DNA of 64,000 nucleotides from a virus (taxonomy: Duplodnaviria > Caudoviricetes). The stretch's first letter is position 1, and the number at the start of each line of letters is the position of its first letter. The notes under the pieces were generated by a model. That model was not told the DNA's origin. It saw nothing but the letters and a program-made list of their open reading frames with translations, and searched no databases. The position numbers and the translations under genes are program-made. This document shows, piece after piece, positions 59,845 to 64,000 of this stretch. Where the stretch lies: positions 1 through 64,000 of the IMG/VR virus record IMGVR_UViG_3300013426_000023; one strand, written 5' to 3'.

Positions 59845-60039
59845 TCAACAATAGACAAGCTCAACTGGCTTATCGTTAAAACTCAGTTCTCTTCCTATCA
59901 GCTTCTTGATTGAGCCTTTGGGAAGTACAACTAAATTATAATAACCACCTGTAATCCATAATGAACCATTCTTAGTTTTTGTAAGTTTTGCATCGGAAAT
60001 GATTTCATTTCCATTACCATTAATTCCAACCCATGCCAT
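59845..60039 (-). CDS. Hypothetical protein
   Basis: MAWV..LPKGSIKKLIGRELSF..PVEL family seen in Bacteroidota phages. Confidence 0.7.
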   Translation of the reverse strand: MAWVGINGNGNEIISDAKLTKTKNGSLWITGGYYNLVVLPKGSIKKLIGRELSFNDKPVELVYC

Positions 60040-60041
60040 AA

Positions 60042-60446
60042 CTATTCCTCCTCTTTTATACCAAATGGAGTGCCATCTGCAAAGGTGTAATTTTCCATTA
60101 CCCCCTCATAGTCCCATCCTCTATTTCCGCAAATACTTATATCATCTTTTTCTTTATCAATGCCAGTAACCAGTATTATGTCCTCACACTTCTTGTCAAG
60201 CAAATATCCACAAGGTTGATGCTTCAACATCTCATTCCAGCATTCCTCTTTGTTGACAAAAGGACGGTAGGTAGGAGGGGTATTGATGTGAAATTCATAA
60301 TCAGAGCTATTTTCGAGATTTATCTCATCTCTTACAGCATACCATAATGATTTCATGCCATTAGAGTTTCTTCTGAACTCTATATCTTTACCTTCCGCAA
60401 AAGCTTGCAAGATAGGCAATAACTTAGCAACTTCTTCTCTTGTCAT
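60042..60446 (-). CDS. Hypothetical protein
   Basis: MTREE..LLPILQAFAEGK..YRPF..ECWNEMLKHQP..YTFADGTPFG; likely start 60446. Confidence 0.75.
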   Translation of the reverse strand: MTREEVAKLLPILQAFAEGKDIEFRRNSNGMKSLWYAVRDEINLENSSDYEFHINTPPTYRPFVNKEECWNEMLKHQPCGYLLDKKCEDIILVTGIDKEKDDISICGNRGWDYEGVMENYTFADGTPFGIKEEE

Positions 60447-60457
60447 TGTTTGTCCTC

Positions 60458-60679
60458 CTAAATAAATTCTGATTTCATCCAATCTTTTAGCCCTAGAATA
60501 GATTGTTTTGTATTGCTGTTTACTCTTTCAGTCTCACTGTCTATCTTCCAGTATAACTCATTAATCTTATTCAATATATCACTTTTCTCTTTGTTCCACT
60601 TGTAATTGTAGAACATAGTTACAAGATAGCAGAATGCTATAATGCAAGCTAAAATAATTATAGTTATTTGTGTACTCAT
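60458..60679 (-). CDS. Small membrane protein
   Basis: MSTQITIIILACIIAFCYLV TM helix; likely start 60679. Confidence 0.6.
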   Translation of the reverse strand: MSTQITIIILACIIAFCYLVTMFYNYKWNKEKSDILNKINELYWKIDSETERVNSNTKQSILGLKDWMKSEFI

Positions 60680-60695
60680 ACCTCTTTCTATTTGC

Positions 60696-60722
60696 CCTCT
60701 CCCTGCTGTCACCAAGGAGAGG
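60696..60722 (-). other. GC-rich intergenic hairpin downstream of tad2
   Basis: CCTCTCCTTG-GTGACAG-CAGGGAGAGG, no U-tract. Confidence 0.7.
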
Positions 60723-60729
60723 TGGTTAG

Positions 60730-61038
60730 TTAATCTGTTACTACTTCCCAATCTTCTGCAAACACATCTGATACAGAAGGCACCCAAGAATCAGCTCTAC
60801 CATCGGGGTTGATAATCAGCATCTGATTAGTATAGTCAATGTGTGGATTCTCACGCTTCATCAAGATGTCTTTTGCCGACTGAGGAAGAGACTGCATCTT
60901 AGGGATGATGTCACCTGTAATGTGTGCAGGAACTTGCTTGACAACAAACAGACCTTTACCATTCCAACCACTACGGCGAATAGCTTCACCTTTCTTTAAG
61001 TGCTCAATAGCACAACCAAAATTAAATTTTTCTTTCAT
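60730..61038 (-). CDS. tad2: DUF2829 / Thoeris anti-defence 2 (Tad2, AcrIIA7-like) nucleotide-signal sponge
   Basis: FGCAIEHLKKG..RRSGWNGKGLFV..WVPSVSDVFAEDW. Confidence 0.85.
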   Translation of the reverse strand: MKEKFNFGCAIEHLKKGEAIRRSGWNGKGLFVVKQVPAHITGDIIPKMQSLPQSAKDILMKRENPHIDYTNQMLIINPDGRADSWVPSVSDVFAEDWEVVTD

Positions 61039-61064
61039 ATTACTACTATTTAGCCCGAAGGCTG

Positions 61065-61478
61065 TTAAACATTTATTTTACTATCTAAACCTAATCCAAA
61101 GAGAAGGTGCTGTAGTTGATGAAGCCAATTTATAGCATTGCCCCCTTTAACTTCTATTTCATTATTGTAACAGAATGGGTAGAATGTTTTCTCTTCAACA
61201 TAATATCTTAACTGGATTGATACTAAAGATGGATTATGGTATTCATAATATTCAACATCATCATAATTTTGCCTTTTATGATGTTTTCTAAGTTCCCACT
61301 CATTCTTTTCAAGAATCTCTGGAGTAATAGGAATGCCTTTTATATCGTTTACATTTTTTACTTCTTGCCACTTAATATTATCATTATAAAAAGTGGCATA
61401 ATAATCATCACTCTGTTTTATAGTTCGTATACTACCATCAATGTAGACAATATCATCCTTTATATATTTCTGTTTCAT
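61065..61478 (-). CDS. Hypothetical protein
   Basis: IPITPEILEKN..LHQLQHLLFGLG family. Confidence 0.7.
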   Translation of the reverse strand: MKQKYIKDDIVYIDGSIRTIKQSDDYYATFYNDNIKWQEVKNVNDIKGIPITPEILEKNEWELRKHHKRQNYDDVEYYEYHNPSLVSIQLRYYVEEKTFYPFCYNNEIEVKGGNAINWLHQLQHLLFGLGLDSKINV

Positions 61479-61480
61479 AC

Positions 61481-61669
61481 TTACTTTCCTTTCTCAACGA
61501 ATATTACATTCTTGCCATCTGAACGATTACCGCTTTCACACATTAGGAAACAAGCTCCCCTCACTGGTGTGTCAAAGAAGAAACACCCTTCGCAAGGATG
61601 CTTTGGGTTGTTAAATGTATTCTCCTTAACCTCCAAGATGATTTCTTCACCAACCTTATATTCCTTCAC
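61481..61669 (-). CDS. Small Cys-rich hypothetical protein
   Basis: CEGCFF..C..C..RSDGKNVIF. Confidence 0.65.
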   Translation of the reverse strand: MKEYKVGEEIILEVKENTFNNPKHPCEGCFFFDTPVRGACFLMCESGNRSDGKNVIFVEKGK

Positions 61670-61851
61670 TGCTCACCTCCTATCTTGTCAAGTTTGTCAC
61701 AAATAAATGAAGAACCCATAGCACATGCAAACACCAATGGTATGTTCCATAATGAGCTACTGCTCACTCCTGTATACTCAATCAAATTCTGTAACATGAC
61801 AAATGTCAAAACAAAATAACAAGTGAAACGCTTAATCAATGTCCAAATCAT
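61666..61851 (-). CDS. Small membrane protein (two hydrophobic segments)
   Basis: 61 aa; overlaps with both neighbours. Confidence 0.55.
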   Translation of the reverse strand: MIWTLIKRFTCYFVLTFVMLQNLIEYTGVSSSSLWNIPLVFACAMGSSFICDKLDKIGGEQ

Positions 61852-62198
61852 TTCTCACCTCCTTTCTGCTCTAACAAATCATCAATGTAACACCAATGTT
61901 TTATTGATATTTTTTCAACAAAGTGCTTCCAAAACTTAATTTCTTTTATTTGGAATACAGAGGAGAACCCACCATATTTATATTGAACCAATATCCACTG
62001 TTCATATCCTTCTGGCTCTTCCCCAGCAGGATGCCACAGGTCTTTCAAGAACTCTTGGATTGCCCAGTGAGCACCTTCTGAAAAAGCATTTTTCAATTCA
62101 GGTTTTAATGACATTTTCCAGTTTCTACCTATGATTTGGCAATTGTTGCTTGCACCATAGGTGCTTGCAGCTTCTTCCATCTTCTTTTCGTCTAACAT
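61848..62198 (-). CDS. Hypothetical protein, DUF551-like C-terminus
   Basis: EGAHWA..WHPAGEEP..KHWCYIDDL; likely start MLDEKK. Confidence 0.65.
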   Translation of the reverse strand: MLDEKKMEEAASTYGASNNCQIIGRNWKMSLKPELKNAFSEGAHWAIQEFLKDLWHPAGEEPEGYEQWILVQYKYGGFSSVFQIKEIKFWKHFVEKISIKHWCYIDDLLEQKGGEK

Positions 62199-62200
62199 AA

Positions 62201-62914
62201 TCAATCCTCCCAATTATCTGTTGTACCAATCAACTTTGCTGTCTCCTCATTGTAAGGAATACATTGCTTATAGTCATCATCAACGCAAACATACCAATTA
62301 TTACTATCTTTGTGACTAAAAATGTCGCATTTCCAATGATTGTCATTGTTATCTTTCACCAACACTTTGTCAAATGGCTTTGGATTCCACTTAGGCTTGA
62401 TAAGTTCTACTTCCAAGGTCTCCATGTTTAGTTTGCCACCAAGTCTCTCTTCAATGGTGTTGAGGAAATATTCCCCTGACTCTTCATCTTCCTTCATGAA
62501 CAAAGAAGTCAAAGGCTGGTTCTCTGACAGATACTTGATGTTATTCTCATTCCTGCTATTCAACCAATGTTTTGCCTTGAATTGAGTATAGTCATCATTA
62601 TACCAGCCTTCAAAGACACATTCACATGTACCCTCATTGTTAGCCAGCACATCGCCTTTCTTCCAGGCGAACTTACCCCAGTCCCTCATGGCATTGGAAG
62701 GAAAGAGCATCATTTCACCACCTGCGGTATATCTGCCGTATTTGTCAAAAGAGTATTCTCCAAACTTGTTTTCCGTCCAAATTGCCTCCACGCTATCCTC
62801 ATTATCTGAAAGATAGCCAAAGTTCGTCTTCCCGACCATAGGGGAATATAAAACAGTACCTTTTGGCATCTGTGCCAATATCTCTGCTATGTTAATTAAT
62901 TGATTATTTTTCAT
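62201..62914 (-). CDS. Hypothetical protein
   Basis: INIAEIL..PKGTVLYS..LFPSNAMRDW..KPFDKVLV..CIPYNEET..IGTT family of Bacteroidota phages. Confidence 0.75.
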   Translation of the reverse strand: MKNNQLINIAEILAQMPKGTVLYSPMVGKTNFGYLSDNEDSVEAIWTENKFGEYSFDKYGRYTAGGEMMLFPSNAMRDWGKFAWKKGDVLANNEGTCECVFEGWYNDDYTQFKAKHWLNSRNENNIKYLSENQPLTSLFMKEDEESGEYFLNTIEERLGGKLNMETLEVELIKPKWNPKPFDKVLVKDNNDNHWKCDIFSHKDSNNWYVCVDDDYKQCIPYNEETAKLIGTTDNWED

Positions 62915-62939
62915 CTTATGTTATTTTAATTGTTTGTTG

Positions 62940-63140
62940 CTATAATAAATGTTGTAATCTATATGTAAGTAATTTCCTACACATTCTTATCTTGGTGTCA
63001 TAAAGTTTACTATTGTCTTTCTTATAATACCATAATAATATCTCTATTCTGTTGATACAATGATGTATCTCTATATATGGTCTATAGACAGACAGTACTA
63101 TAAATGACAATAGGATTGTTGATGAAATAAATATTATCAT
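62940..63140 (-). CDS. Small hypothetical membrane protein
   Basis: N-terminal hydrophobic helix, 66 aa. Confidence 0.5.
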   Translation of the reverse strand: MIIFISSTILLSFIVLSVYRPYIEIHHCINRIEILLWYYKKDNSKLYDTKIRMCRKLLTYRLQHLL

Positions 63141-63156
63141 GACATTATAATTTAGT

Positions 63157-63193
63157 AAAAAACTAATAGAACTATCTTCACAGACAGTTCTAT
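63157..63193 (-). terminator. Terminator-like hairpin with GNRA loop
   Basis: ATAGAACTGTCT-GTGA-AGATAGTTCTAT then TAGTTTTT. Confidence 0.7.
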
Positions 63194-63255
63194 GACAAAT
63201 ACTCTTAATACTCTAACAAAAAGTAAAATTAACTAAAATATATTCGTATGACACA

Positions 63256-63564
63256 TTATTCATCAAATACTTGATAGCTGTCCAATACACCACAGAAATT
63301 TTCTGCAAGTCTATTTAAATGACATTCAAGTCTTTTAACCTTAGACATTCTTACCCAATCTCCAGACTTCATCCATTCAGGACTTTCCTTTGAAGTCATA
63401 TAGTTATATGCTTCCGTAGTAAGGTTAATCACTCTTATTCTTACAGGAGAAGGAGACATCTTGAAGTTAATGTCTGTTGGATTCATACCCTTTGGTTTTA
63501 CAGTGAAGTTTACTGATTTTTCAACTCCACCTTCCTTAATGTTTACTGAAACTTTAATATCCAT
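63256..63564 (-). CDS. Hypothetical protein
   Basis: 102 aa; EAYNYMTSKESP..RLECHL. Confidence 0.7.
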   Translation of the reverse strand: MDIKVSVNIKEGGVEKSVNFTVKPKGMNPTDINFKMSPSPVRIRVINLTTEAYNYMTSKESPEWMKSGDWVRMSKVKRLECHLNRLAENFCGVLDSYQVFDE

Positions 63565-63796
63565 AATATTTATTTTTGTTATAATGTTTTAATTCGTTAA
63601 TTGTTTCCAATGCAAAATCTATTGCAGATGACATAAGAACAAAAAGCCTCTCATTGTCTTTTATTGAAAGAAGTAAATCTGTGACTTGGTTTATCTTTGC
63701 AATTTCCTTTGCATTTGTCATATTGTATTTATCGACAAATGCTTTTGTGACCTCATTACTATGCTTCATGATGCCATGTAATTTCTTATCCTTCAT
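63554..63796 (-). CDS. Hypothetical protein
   Basis: 80 aa, overlaps downstream start. Confidence 0.6.
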   Translation of the reverse strand: MKDKKLHGIMKHSNEVTKAFVDKYNMTNAKEIAKINQVTDLLLSIKDNERLFVLMSSAIDFALETINELKHYNKNKYYGY

Positions 63797-63821
63797 TGTT
63801 ATGAATGTTTTATTAAAAGGT

Positions 63822-63854
63822 TAACAGTTTACTTTCATTTGAAAGAAACTGTTA
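63822..63854 (-). other. Long intergenic hairpin upstream of last gene
   Basis: TAACAGTTTCTTTC-AAAT-GAAAGTAAACTGTTA (one bulge). Confidence 0.65.
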
Positions 63855-64000
63855 TGTAAAGAAAGTCAGTTAGTTTTCTTCTTGAAAATTTCCCTAAAAA
63901 GTCAAATGTTCTTTATGGACTGAACTTAGTTTAATATAACCCGTTTACTGATTTTTTAATGTCTTAACAGTTCTTGCAGTCTCTATGACAGATAAATTAT

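Noticed and set aside
60680-60787. N-terminal extension of the 109-aa ORF overlapping tad2
   Set aside because: It runs through a GC hairpin and the tad2 end; ATG 60679 before the TM helix is more plausible
3480-62809. Short antisense and nested ORFs in the track (e.g. 25016-25531, 41278-41748, 53564-54052, 61236-61706, 8073-8294)
   Set aside because: They lie within or opposite well-supported genes, have shadow-frame composition and no motifs
110-63796. Stop-codon reassignment (TAG or TGA), known in some crAss lineages
   Set aside because: All long genes are intact in code 11; TAG (2838, 23923, 43509) and TGA occur at natural gene ends; no suppressor tRNA seen
1-64000. CRISPR array, DGR, tRNAs, integrase or IS
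   Set aside because: No regularly spaced repeats, reverse transcriptase, cloverleaf, recombinase or transposase recognised by eye; tRNAscan and a self dot-plot would be decisive

Overview
AT-rich 64-kb fragment of a crAss-like phage (Crassvirales; Bacteroidota host, accessory genes resemble Prevotella/Segatella phages), standard genetic code. The + strand (about 460-23923) carries the virion module that normally follows the major capsid gene: ring/hub proteins, auxiliary capsid protein, HU/IHF-like protein, muzzle and cargo/ejection proteins. It converges at a bidirectional terminator (about 23930-23967) with a - strand block. That block holds two more giant cargo proteins, one of them the DFDID virion RNA polymerase. 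Further along it carries nucleotide metabolism (thyX, dut, nrdD/nrdG, ung), replication genes (PolB, primase, SSB, Sak4-like ATPase, DnaB-like and SF2 helicases, nucleases), rIIA/rIIB, and a mosaic of small accessory genes including a Tad2/DUF2829 sponge. The first ~450 bp look like Firmicutes DNA joined in-frame to a phage gene, probably a chimeric contig end. Main hunting results: (1) complementary terminal cysteines on the three giant ejected proteins suggest a head-to-tail linked chain; (2) the virion RNAP carries N-terminal zincin, permuted SLOG and macro-like domains; (3) cargo protein 1 is built of modules delimited by xxGG motifs; (4) an ung with an altered catalytic motif; (5) a homopolymer-frameshifted gene and an insertion between nrdD and nrdG. 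All family assignments come from motif recognition and recalled synteny, not database searches.
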